A stretch of 64,000 nucleotides of DNA, from assembly GCA_977020255.1 (NCBI GenBank), contig CDROCS010000529.1, positions 124,001 through 188,000 on the forward strand. Direction: 5' to 3'. The position numbers and the translations under genes were made by a program. The notes under the pieces are model-generated. The model was not told the origin of the DNA. It saw nothing but the letters and a program-made list of their open reading frames with translations, and made no database searches. Origin of the DNA: Obrimoposthia wandeli. Taxonomy: Eukaryota. Shown piece after piece: positions 1 to 11,565 of this stretch; position 1 is the first letter of the stretch; each line of letters begins with the position of its first letter.

Positions 1-1
1 C

Positions 2-343
2 TTATACATGCATTGTTTCTTTTATATATTGTATTTCAATGTTTATTTCTAAATTAGATAAATCACAAATCATTTCAAATAATGATTTGTATTCTCCATA
101 TCGCATCATTATATATTTTAAAACATATTTTATTCTGTCTTTTGTGAAAAACCTTTTCAAGTATCTGATTTGATTTGTATCCATCAACATATCGAATTTT
201 TCTGTAGTTATATGATATTCAATTATACAATCTGTTTCAATTTTCTCAATAACATTAGCATCAATATAGTTTTCTAAACTTTTTGAATAACATATATTAG
301 ATAATTTTATATCAATATCTGATACATATACTTTTCGAATCAA
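2..343 (-). CDS. Hypothetical 113-aa ORF in the Polinton-like gene array (intronless, co-oriented with the BIR and TBP-like genes)
   Basis: ORF track; lies about 30 bp downstream of the BIR gene stop on the same strand; no recognisable motif; TTG start, so the true 5' end may be frameshifted. Confidence 0.4.
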   Translation of the reverse strand: MIRKVYVSDIDIKLSNICYSKSLENYIDANVIEKIETDCIIEYHITTEKFDMLMDTNQIRYLKRFFTKDRIKYVLKYIMMRYGEYKSLFEMICDLSNLEINIEIQYIKETMHV

Positions 344-374
344 TGGTGATGTATCAAAATCAATTTTCTTATTA

Positions 375-727
375 CTAGTTTCTATTATTGGTACATTTGA
401 AACATTTAACTTTAAAAGAAATGGACATGTATGAAAAAATTCATATGTTGCTTCATTGATTTAACATAAAATTCCCATTTGAATAATGCACCTTGACAGT
501 ATATACATGTTTACTTTATTGGTTGAATCATCATCATGTTTATAAAATCCGGCTTTTGCTAAATCATATGCAGATTGTTTCCCCATAAAATGATATAATA
601 ACGATTTCAATCTTTTACTTTCACGTCTATATTTCACATATAAAACTTTCATTTTAGAATAATCTACTTTTCGTCTAACTAAAACATCATTAACAGTTTT
701 ATAATTAAGTATATAATCAACAAGCAT
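375..727 (-). pseudogene. BIR-domain (IAP-like) gene with two single-base frameshifts
   Basis: ORF 461..727 gives RLKSL..DLAKAGFY..D.V. Removing one A near 508-512 and adding one T in the run near 432-438 gives TCIYCQGALFKWEFYVKSMKQHMNFFHTCPFL, an exact BIR C-x2-C-x16-H-x6-C pattern; stop at 375-377. Confidence 0.8.
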
Positions 728-1248
728 TTTTAAAAATCAAATAATTTTCAAGAAAAAATACAATAGACTCGACTTGACAATGATAATCAAAATCTTTAAT
801 ACTGTAAATAATCACTTTTCCACTAGCAAACTCCTTAACACACAGAGGATTAAACTTTAAAATTCTGAGTGCTGAAACAATGCTGGTTCAAACATGCAAT
901 TTCTTCCCATTTCATAGATATCTTATACAAATTAACCTTCTTGTTGATATTCACTAGGATACTTACAGATAGAATACGTTCAAATTCTATATTTTGAACA
1001 TGTTTGATAGGTTGTTTGCAACCCATAATTCTGCATGAGCCTAAATAGTATTAATAATAATAGTAGTAATAATACCTGATGGAAATATAACTATAGTATA
1101 ATCTTTTAACTTTCAACATATTGTATAGGTTTCTTTAATCGGAAAGTTAAGTGACTAACACTTCCCTTAAATTTACCTTTATAATTTATATTGATTATTT
1201 TCCTTATATGATAATAATTTATGATATCACAGACGTATATAGTTTCAT
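717..1248 (-). pseudogene. TATA-binding-protein-like (TBP fold) gene, frameshifted
   Basis: Minus-strand pieces NINYKGKF..LTFRLKKP..VIFPSG/SCRIMGCKQP (repeat 1) and ILSVSILVNINKKVNLYKI..RNCMFEPALF/ALRILKFNPLCVKEFASGKVII (repeat 2; compare TBP YEPELFPGL..LIFxSGKxV); its stop (717-719) overlaps the BIR start codon region. Confidence 0.7.
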
Positions 1249-1339
1249 ATTATCCAATGAGAATCAACAACCAATCAGATTCAAGTAGTCAACTATAACT
1301 ATCAAAACATTTCAGTTTACTCTCATTAATCATGTTCAA

Positions 1340-1845
1340 TTTACAAAAAACCGATTTTGAAGAGCATACAGAAGAGGAAGAACGGAATTTTAAATACAAC
1401 CAAAGTTAACCCGATTCCTATAGATTCTGATGATCCCGAATAAGAAGATATTTTCAAAGAGACCTATTTAATGAATCTGTACCTTATTTTAGCTATAAAA
1501 TGAATTTCCTCAATATGCCTGTTCCATATGAATTTCTATACCCTATTATTCTAAGAAAGTCCAACTTTGATTATGTCATATCAAGGATCCATAATACGGA
1601 TATTAATAATATCAATGCTATTTTCAAAGGAATGAAATTGGATATTAAAATTGAAAACTTTAGTGCTTTCATTAAAGCCGATGAAAATCCGTTCAAAGGA
1701 ATATATAAAAAGACTGAAGAATAATTTCCAAATGCAAATATTGGATTTTATTTATTCAAATTCAAGGATTCAAAGTCGATAAACTCGAGAGACTGAAGCC
1801 TATATGGAGAATTAATGAAGGACATAAAAAAGTTTAATAAATATT
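1340..1845 (+). pseudogene. Decayed hypothetical ORF of the Polinton-like element (core ORF 1500..1724; copy at 31721..31945)
   Basis: Frame continues past the stop at 1724 (FPNANIGFYLFKFKDSK..); a stop near 1795 is a sense codon (AGA) in the duplicate; no motif recognised. Confidence 0.35.
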
Positions 1846-1889
1846 GATTTTTAGTGTGTTATTGTATTTTTACTATAAACAAAAATATT

Positions 1890-2264
1890 CTAAATATATT
1901 CTTTGCCAAATGTACTGTCCAATCATGCAGGGCTCCTCTCTTAGAAGGCTCCGCAAGGGAGACGTTGGTCACTTAAAATCATTAGTTTTTTTAAACGGCA
2001 AGAAATAGCGCAATATTTGAAAAAGGTCTTGAAATCATGCATACTACGCCAAAATGGTTTTGCAGTAAAGAGTACACCCCGGGGGACTTATTACCGTTGG
2101 CGTAGTATGTGTGATTTTGAGACCAAATTTAGGTTAAGATTTGAAATCGTGCATACTACGCCAAAATAGTTTTGCAGTAAAAAAATACTACCAGGTATGT
2201 ACTGACGTTGTATGCAGGATTTCGGGGGTGACGCAGTAGCGTTGTACCGACACTATATACTACT
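1890..2264. repeat. Right terminal region/TIR of a Polinton/Maverick-like element ending ..TATATACTACT (reads AGTAGTATATAG inward on the minus strand)
   Basis: AGTAGT-type terminus is typical of Polintons; internal direct and inverted 21-40 bp repeats (AAATCATGCATACTACGCCAA at 2032 and 2144, inverted at 2097); adjacent to virus-like ORFs; partner TIR not in window. Confidence 0.6.
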
Positions 2265-3329
2265 TATAATGATAGTCAAGAGATGTAATTTTTCAAAATT
2301 TCGCCTGTGTACAAAACTAAATAAATTTTATAACGAAAAACAGAAAGATAATGTACTCAATTAATCGAAATTTTCACAGAAAATGTATTTGCAAATATTG
2401 AATTTGGTTCACAAATTAACACTGCCTCGTATTCCCTTTAATTTTCCAAGTTTATATACTTGCTATAAATACTGAAATACAATATAAAATAATGCTTTTT
2501 AAATATAATTAATGGGCCAAAATTATTTTTAATTGGACCTGAAAATAATGTTATTAAATATTATAATTTAGTCTTAGTGAATCAAAAGTTAAATGAAATT
2601 AAGAAATTAGGAAAATACGTGTAATGAACTTGTTTATTAAAATATGAAAAGACAAATAAATACAAAATTAATTGAAATAAAACGTAAATTTAATAATTTC
2701 GCATTATTAAATGCAGAATAACTGACACACGTGCTAGGTATAATTTTAAATATTAAATATTATAAATTATGTCAAATAACCCTTTCTTGTTTTAATATCT
2801 CAATTTTATCACTGAATATCTAGCGTCTATTTAAATACGCATTCAATGGGAAATTTACAATTTATGTAAATCATAATGCATTTTTTCGTGAATTCTATAG
2901 TCATATTTTGTATATTATTCAATATTGTGGAATTGGATCTGTTAAAGTAAGATGTTTATCACTTTTGATAATTTATAATTATTTGCCTGCCTTTATTGAA
3001 CTGTGTAATTAATTCTATAATATTTAGCTCTACTTTGTTCAATAAACAGTGCCTCGGATTTTGACGACCAACATACATTAAATCGCTAATGTCTGTTCTT
3101 ATTTTTTTTTCAAATTTTGTCAGAAGGACTTAACAGGTTTAAATTATACTTGGAGAGTTTTTGTGAGTGTTTTAAAGAAAACAGTTGAATGTATCATGAT
3201 TAGCAAGCAATTAGTCACATTTCATAATTATCTGACCTTGTTTGTTAATAGTTAATTGATCTATATTTCAATTTATTTGCTTACGAAACATTTAATATAA
3301 ATATTATTTGTGGTTGACATTTCAGAATA

Positions 3330-3620
3330 ATCAATTACCTATCATGGTGATAAGGGGAATAATTAATTCTTGTTCACCAGTAAGTAACAGCTTTTCTTCA
3401 GTGGGGTGCGCTGAACTATTATCTCAAAATAATTTTGCTTTGGGCACGCATTTCAGTATGTTAACTTTTTCTAAACCTGTAGTACAAAACCGTTTGGAAC
3501 AATCCGGTCAATTGTAACGATTATGAAGAATTTTAGTATCCATTTCCACCTTTATGCTGATTATACGCACCGTTTGTTGATTTTGATTCTATTGACTGAA
3601 AAATAATATTTATCAAATAG
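3330..3620 (-). mobile_element. pogo/Tigger (DDE_1) transposase relic
   Basis: Minus-strand translation AYNQHK..MDTKILHN..KAKLF*DNSSAHP matches the Tigger-type W-M-D..LLLDNAxAHP region; copy near 33550-33840. Confidence 0.55.
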
Positions 3621-4399
3621 CCAAATGGATGAAATAAAGACGATTGAAGATGAATAAAAATAGAACTGAGGCTATATTATTTATTTCTTATATACACCAT
3701 ATTAACAAAAAAACTTCTACTTGTCGGAAAATATTATTAATTGGAAAAGCAAAATAAAGAACATCGGTTGCGACTTCGACGGAAACATTACAGCGAAATG
3801 TCAACTTAATAAAGTGACAAGAACAAGCAAAAGTCATGTCAAAAAGATTTATCTAATAAAAATACCTTACTACTGAGATAACTACAATTCTAACGCATGC
3901 GTTTATATCAAGGAGTGATTTTCATAATTCTTTGCTGATTAATATTCCACCTTATCAATTAAATTCCTAGCAAACTTTTAAAACTAAACTTTCAGAATTA
4001 TATTTAAATTAAAAATGAGCCAGTACAAATGAATATTTAGGGAAGCTCCATTGGCTGCTGACCAATCCCAGAATTGAATTCCAAATCCTTCTTATTACAA
4101 AATAATGTATTTCCTCACATAAATCCAAATATGTGTATGATCTTGTCGAGCCTAGTGTATTGAGTAGGTATATGCATCGTAGGAGCAACGATTATTACAG
4201 CAGATGGGTCTAAAAATTCTCAAATGGCAAACATAATGATGGAATATTTGAAATTTATAATCCGAATCTTTACAACAATCTTCAAAATAAAGGAAACGGT
4301 AATAATGTTGAAAAATTCGAAAAGCAGCCGAAGACTTTACTATTCAAAAAATAGCGCTATATTCAATATTTTATTTTATTAATCATCCCTCAAACCAAA

Positions 4400-5340
4400 C
4401 GTGTTAATCCAAGTCTTTTTCTGATTTGATTAACTAACCGGAGGGTTTCTTCGACCTGGCCTTTGAGACTTAAGATTAGATAATAATAACTTTTTATGGA
4501 AGCTATCACATTTGAGCTCATCTTTATAAATACCCTTTTATTGGCTCTTTTGTATCGGTTACTGCATTGTGAATTGTTTCCTAAGTTTGTTTGAAACTGA
4601 AGAATAAGAAATTACTATGAAAAAAAAATTAAATTGAAAAAATTAGCTTTGTTTTTGCTGCGACCTTGGTATTTTCAAAATTAAATTGAATGCGAGCATA
4701 AACTGGTCGAATGGTGTTTTTGATCGATGCCTCAATGAATAGCGTGAGAGCTGTGTTCCTGTATAGAGGAGATAAGCTACCAACCGAGTCTGTCGCGGAT
4801 TCATTAGCGATGCGTGAAAGCTTCACTAATCTGAAAGTTATTCTTGAAGCAATACAGTACAACAAACATTAGGAGAACTCAAAGTTGTCAAACTGAATAG
4901 ACCAAGTTATATTACTTTCTGTGCCATTTTGGGCTAATGATAATACTCAATAAAACAGTTTAAAAATCTATAAAAATGCAATGCTACAATAGCACAGTTA
5001 AACAGCAATATATTTACAAGATAACTAATTTTCCTTTGTCGAGCATTTCTGAGTCTGACCTGATGTTGTCCATCTAGTGACGTACAATGTTACAGTACAA
5101 ATGTAAGAACTCCACTGTATCTTTCCAGGTTTTGCCGCCATCCAATCAAAAAACCTCAATTTACTCACTGAAAAACTAGCGGATATCTTCGAAATTTTTT
5201 TGATTTCTATATAGCAATTGTTAGTAATTTATTTTACTTAGTGTAGAACTCAATTTATACAGGAAATTGCGGAATTCATAGAGAACGCCCTGTCAAAATA
5301 TATGAGTGCGGTGCTTCATTATTCAGTGATTATGCAAAAT
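4400..5340 (+). mobile_element. Chapaev3/CMC-like DNA transposase relic
   Basis: Pieces FCCDL..EW.FLIDASMNSVRAVFLYRGDKLP..MRESFTNLKVILEAIQYNKH, TKLYYFLC and LPP match the WRLFIDSSKxSLKAVLLH..TKYxCFLC..LPPLH family; superfamily name is from recall; copy near 34620-35560. Confidence 0.5.
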
Positions 5341-6446
5341 GAATTTCTGAAAAATATGTTTGAAGTAAAAGTCATGCTCAGTTAGTGAGCCAGTGTCAAT
5401 TATAGCACTACTAAAGCATACCAATCCTTTTATTTTAATGCTAGAGAGAGAGTTGAAAGCAGTGAATACTCATTGAAGACTGACTAAAAATTTTGTAAGA
5501 AGTTTGATGACAAAATTGAATTTTGATTCAATAAATGTAATATTGAGCAATTAATAACAAACTCATAAAACTATGCACGTTCTTTTACTAAAGTAAATAA
5601 TAAACATCCAAATAATAAATTAAAGTTATTTGAAATACAATTAAATTAAAAGTCAGACTCCGTTGAAAGACAAACCAATAATTATTTTACTCTATACCAT
5701 GCAATAATTTTCACTTCTTTACGTTATTATTATACCTGTAATTCACATTCAGTGTGCAATTTTGCATTTAAAATCAAAAGTTTTATTTACACAAAAACAA
5801 ATTGAATATTAGTCACAGTTTAGTAATTACATTGGGATAGCAAATGAATCCACCAGTAAAACGACGATTTGAAATGAAATCGATGAATAAAATCAATTAT
5901 ATTCAAATGCAATTTATATTCATATTCAGTGTATTATGGTGTTCATATATTTATTTCTTTGGGTTTTGAATTATAAAAAAAATCTCTACACAATAAATGT
6001 ACATTTAAAACATTTATTAAATTGCTCGAAAACATAAAATTGTTGTAAAACAAGAGTCTGCATGATCATATTATTTATGACAAAAATGAATGGCGTACGG
6101 ACAGATTAATTACCGCAATTTTCGAGTTTATTGGTGCATTAGAATAATTTTGTCGGAATCAGGATGCAAAAATATCCTTCAAAACATTTTTATTGAGGAG
6201 AGGAAGAAGTTTCATAACAAACATGTATAAGCTTGACCTTTCTTCCAAGATGATCTATATCTTATATGAGATGCGAGTTTAAATTAACATTAACTACACC
6301 GACAAATTAGTTAAATATTGGAACTTGAATTCTTGATCTCCTGAAAAAATCAAAGTTAATAACAATAAACGGGCTGTTATTCTGCTAAAGACTACATATA
6401 TCATTCCGATAGTACAGATTCTGAATATGAAGACGATTCTAAAAAG

Positions 6447-6848
6447 TTGAGAATTTGTGATAGGCGTTGTATATCTTTTAGAGGAGCTTCTGGTTTATTT
6501 GATATATCTCATGAAACAGTACGACGAAAGCGAAAAAAACAGAGAGAATCTGTCTATATAAAAATTCAAAGAATTGTTGAGAATGTGTTAAATGTCGTAA
6601 TTTATTTTGGTGGTAAGAAGTGCGATGGAGTAGAAAGAATAGCAGTTATTGTTGATATAAATAATGGAATGGAGTACATACTAGGCGTTCCTTTTCAATC
6701 GGATAGACGAGGAATAACAACATGTGATACTGTGTTTGGGTTATTGACTCGTTGGAATATTATTAATCGTGTTATAGGTTTGTGTTTTGATACTACAGCC
6801 TCAAACACTGGTATCACATCTGGAAGTGTAGCATTGTTCCAAAAATAA
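6447..6848 (+). mobile_element. hAT-like (hATm-type) transposase fragment
   Basis: ERIAVIV..ILGVP..VFGLLTRW..VIGLCFDTTASNTG motif; subgroup name from recall; copies at 27667..28068 (-) and 36670..37053 (+). Confidence 0.6.
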
Positions 6849-8078
6849 ATATCCCAAAATGTAATTGGATACCCAGATTTTTTTCTTATTGTTAATTAAC
6901 TTCTTATTAATTATTTATTACTAAAACAAATTATTTAAATATTTATTTAAAAATTAATTTTTTAATAAAAAAATTATAATTATTCAATCGTTTAATTTTG
7001 CCTAATTAATTTATAACTTATTCGATTTAGGTTTATAAGTTTAATTGAATTGAAATATTCATATTTAATGCAATATTATTCATGGATTGTAATATTTTAA
7101 ATATGATATCTTTTAATATAATTGTACTTTTTAAATACTCAAACGCAACTGATCTAATGAATGAAAATAAAAAATAAACACATCACCATTCATAATTTTA
7201 AAATCAATTTCTAAAAATCTAATATTACAGAAAATATTACATTTTATTCACACTGAATGGATTGAAAAAATCCATTAAAATATAATGACAAATAATAACC
7301 AATTAATTTATTGTTTAAAAAGTGGGGAACTTACTCCTTTTTAATATATCTATAAATACGTGTTTTTAGTGCCTGTAATGTTACCACATATTCAGACAAC
7401 AAATAACTAAATTATATAACTAACTAAAACACAAATTCATTCAAGCCCAAACATGATTTTTGACTTTTCATAATTTTATTATCGATATGTCCTTTTTGGC
7501 CAATTCATTAATGTTTTCTCAATTGTTTCACCTAGCTTTATGTTTCGCAGTTTTAAATTATCAGGAACTTTGAGGAGCTTAGTTGGACGTTGTGTTTGAA
7601 GTCTGTTTATTTTTGAGATAAATAAAATGGTTTAGACTCCAACTTTTCATGGAGGTAAAAGTTTAGCAGCTACTTACAATTTAAAGAATGTTATCATTTA
7701 ATAAATCAGAAATGTACTTAGGAAATCTCTTATTAGTAAATGCACGTGCCTCAAAATTATTGCAGAATCTGTCAAAACAATTACCATTGGATACGGGTAC
7801 AATAAATTTTCGTAACAAAAAATAACTTTTTTGCCTTTAACGATAGAGAATGTTTCTAGTCTACATGTTGGCTTAATACTAAAATGGTATAAAAAAAATC
7901 CATTTCGTCATGATTTTGAGATATTGATATGGTCAGAAAACACTATTTTATACATTAAATAACAATTTACCATATTTATGAAACATCACATTTAGTTATA
8001 CAATTAAATATCAAGTACGATCTGTTACGATCTATTGCTTTATTCGATTATAAAGATAAATATGTTCATCATTTATAT

Positions 8079-9647
8079 CAGTGCTTCTCAAACCTTTTTA
8101 TAATACGGCTCTCAAAATCTGAAGAAAAAAAATTCAAGGCTCCCCAAAAATTTTAATTTTTAGTGACAACACTTCTTTTTTCCATTAATAAGTATAGCTA
8201 CATTTTAAAAAGAAGAAACATTTTTTATTCAAAAACTTGTTTACAAAAATAACAATAAAAAAATTCAAATAAACTTCAAATTTTCTAAAATCTAAAAAAC
8301 AATTTAATGGGAGAGATGGGATTGAATGTTTTTACATAGCAAATCAAGTTCAGGTTGAATATTTGAAATGCTTATTCGTAGGGTTTGATCCAAAGCATCT
8401 GTTGAAAGATACAGCCTATGTTTATTTTCTATTACCAGTAATGATAAAAATGCTGTTTCAAATAGGTATGTTATCGCAAAAAGAATTATGCCCAATAACG
8501 CTGCTTTGGCGATTGGCGGGTATTCTTGCTGTCACTTGATTCAAAATTCTGCAAGGCTTTTGTCATTAAATTCCACTTCAAGATTATTATCAAGATTAAT
8601 TCTTCTTGAGCAATCCAATTAATATGATCATATTCTATGGATTTAGCAAATGGTGTTCTTATCCTGTCGTACTTTGTAGCATGAAAGCAAGTCCGTAGAT
8701 CCCTGATTAATACCTTCTTTGTTGGAAAACTTGAAGTTTGGTATTCAGAATTAAAATGTTTGTATCTTTTCATCATCGAAATAAGAAGAAAGATCTGAAT
8801 TTTTGTCATACAGAAAGAGGCAAAGTTCATCACGAAGCTCTACAAATCTTCTTAAAAATTTTCCGTGAGAAAGCCAGCGTACTTCAGTATGATACTGTAG
8901 AACTTTATGCACGGATCCCATCTCTTTGCATAAAATATTAAAAAGCCACGAGCTTACAGCACGACATTTTACGAAATTAACTATTGACGTAACTGAATTC
9001 AAAACATCACTGAGTTCGCAACACATTTGTCGAAAAACTAAATGTCCTGTATGAATTACACAGTGAATATGTTTGTCATCGGGGCTTACGTTTTCCACTT
9101 CTGCCTTGAATCCAGAAATCGCCAATAGTTGCTTACATAAAAGCAAATCATCATGAATTTGAGAGTCATACTGATATCTAACAAAAACCATCAACTAGGA
9201 TAAATTTGTAATATCAGTAGATTCATCCAGTTGTATTGCAAAGAAGTGGCTGCCTTTCATGCGAGATATTAACTGAGCTTTAATATTGTATGCCGTGTCA
9301 TAAAATCTTCTTTATATTGTATCATTTGAATTCAAAGGATTGCAAATATTTTATCACCATGGATAATCTCACAAAATTTTATTGCTACTGGTAATATAAG
9401 ATCTTCTCCTATGGTGTGAGTTTTTTAGTTTTCGCAATTAATAAAGCTAGCTCAAAAGATGCTTTTAACAGTTGATCATTCAGTTTTGTATAATTTATAA
9501 GAAAATTTGTTTGTCGTTTGTTACCTGCTGCTTTTCTTTGAAAAAATTCTAATAGTTTATTTTGATAATCCGGGTGCATCATAGTTAAATGTCACATCAG
9601 TTTTCCCGGCATCATACTATCATTTGATAGTTGGGTGAAACAAATTA
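8079..9647 (-). mobile_element. Buster/Charlie-type hAT transposon (ZBED5/SCAND3-like transposase), truncated
   Basis: TIR CAGTGCTTCTCAAA at 8079; [13 protein letters not shown] and QLDESTDI motifs; other end missing relative to the full copy 39092-41418. Confidence 0.9.
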
Positions 9648-9649
9648 TT

Positions 9650-9930
9650 ATTTATGACGCCCTGTATAAATGATATCATTAATGACGGTAACCTTCTGGA
9701 CCATCCAAGTTGAACCGGTTTTCATTATTAAAGAATATATCATTGTCTTTAACTGTCAGATTCCAGCTACATTTATGCAATTGTTTTTCGTGATGCTTTA
9801 TGAACTTCTGCAAATTTCAATTCTCTTCATTTTACAATGCGTGTACGTTGTTTGTTTCATAAAATTGCGAAATGTTCCATGACATATATTTGTTTTGCAA
9901 CCATTTAAGCACTTTTCATTTAGTTTCTGC
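9650..9930 (-). mobile_element. Tc1/Tc3-like transposase relic upstream of tra2 (mirror copy ~24600-24880 +)
   Basis: Minus-strand IFFNNENRFNLDGPEGYRH matches the FSDEKKFNLDGPDG motif. Confidence 0.6.
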
Positions 9931-10333
9931 CCATTTACTGTCATTATTTACCTCTGAATGGTCAAGTATGTGTTGAAAAAGCTGCAAGCATTTGGTGTAG
10001 AGAATTTAATAGCAATCATCTACTGGGTTGAGCAATTGATTGACTCAGTCGCTGTTGATAAACAAAGTATAAATAACTATGTTGAAACAGGAAATTTCTC
10101 CTTGATAACACATTATATTTCAGTGGCAGGGAAAAGATAATCAAAGACCAAGTAACGATGCTCCTATGCGCCAAAATGAATGCCTGTAATATAATGAAAC
10201 CACTCGTATTCGGGAAAAGCACAGTTTTCTCCATGTCTTAAACCAGAGAAAATTAAATGTACTAAAATTTGTTTAAATATTTCAAATTAAAAATAACAAT
10301 CAAAAAATTCATTTTAACTTTCAACTGGAGAAA

Positions 10334-11565
10334 ATGTGCAAAGACCATGAAGTGAGCATTTACTTTGTTTTTGTTTTTATTGAATATTTTTAGAATCGTT
10401 CATCATCTGCTGGACAAGATCCGTCTAGATCTAGATCCCCAGTCTCACGTTCTAGATCTGGTTCAAATCGTGGATCTCCTATGTCTCGTAGTCCAATGAA
10501 GAACTCTTTATCTCCACATGGAGCACGGGATAGTAGATCACCTGTTCGTAGACGTAGTGGATCCAAAAACAAAGCCTCACGCTCTAGATCTGCTTCAAAT
10601 CGTGTATCTCCTATGTCTCGTAGTCCAATGAAGAACTCTTTATCTCCACATAGAGCACAGGATAGTAGATCACCTGTTCGTAGACGTAGTGGATCCAAAA
10701 ACAAAGCCTCACGCTCTAGATCTGGTTCAAATCGTCGTTCAAATGTTTCTCGTAGTCCGGTTAAGAATTATTCAAAAAAACATTCATCTCCATATGAACC
10801 ACGTAGACGTAGATCTCCCAATCGTAGATATAGACGCTCCAGATCCCCAGTGAATCGAAGAGGTGATTTTTCGTCACCTAAAGACCGTAGACACCGAAGA
10901 TCAAATTCACGATCACCACCAAGAAAAAGTGGTAGAGGCCAAAATATCCGTGATAGAGAAAATCCTTCGCCTTCAACATGTATCGGTGTTTTTGGATTGT
11001 CAAAAAGAACTGATGAAAGAGATCTGCACAAATATTTTGATAGATTTGGTAAAATTAAAAGCCTAAATCTGATTAAGGATAAATATACATCTGAATCAAT
11101 GGGTTTCGCATTTGTCTACTACGAAGATGTCGACTCTGCAAGTAAAGCAAAGGATGAAGGATCTGGAGTTGAATTAGATGGTCGCCAAATTCGGGTAGAT
11201 TACAGCATCACAAAAAAGGCCCATTCTCCTACTCCTGGAATGTACATGGGAAAGAAATCGTAAGTTTTATTCATTTTCATAAAACTCAAATTTATAGTTG
11301 AATATACGGAAATGAAAATGTCGTTTTTGTATTGCGAAATAATTAATTAGACTTAGTTTTTATTTTTTAAATGTAGAACATTACAACTTATTATTAAGAA
11401 ATATTCTGAATTTTCATTTCTTTTAGTGTAAGGCGCCAAGGACGTTTCGACTCGCGTGAGGAATCACGGGATTTTCGTGGCCAAAGACGTGACTTTGAGC
11501 GGAGGAGACCGCTTTCTCGGAGTCGGTGCAGTCGGTCGAGATCGCGCAGCTATAGGAGATATTGA
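10334..11565 (+). CDS. tra2: Transformer-2 (TRA2) SR-like splicing factor, copy 1; exons 10334-10351, 10394-11259, 11427-11565; 340 aa
   Basis: RS1-RRM-RS2 architecture; NPSPSTCIGVFGLS..GFAFVYY..LDGRQIRVDYSITKKAHSPTPGMYMG is diagnostic of TRA2; GT-AG introns of 42 and 167 nt keep frame; ends RSRSRSYRRY*; AATAAA ~90 nt downstream. Exon 1 is predicted from splice signals. Confidence 0.95.
10445..10737 (+). repeat. 132-bp (44-aa) tandem repeat, about 2.2 units, inside the tra2 RS1 domain
   Basis: ATGTCTCGTAGTCC at 10481 and 10613; mirrored in copy 2. Confidence 0.95.

Larger units (their letters stand above)
1119..9647 (+). repeat. Segmental duplication, copy 1 (direct repeat of 31341-40779)
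   Basis: Near-identical colinear sequence with scattered SNPs and several indels; starts TATTGTATAGG, ends GAAACAAATTA. Confidence 0.95.

Noticed and set aside
9958-10234. ORFs 10016..10234 (-) and 9958..10140 (+) as a divergent gene next to tra2
   Set aside because: No recognisable motif or coherent splice structure; identity with the mirror copy reflects recent duplication only
10390-11066. ORFs 10390..10704 (-), 10768..11031 (-), 10863..11066 (+) and their mirrors at 23461-24137
   Set aside because: Antisense or alternate-frame shadows of the repetitive tra2 coding sequence
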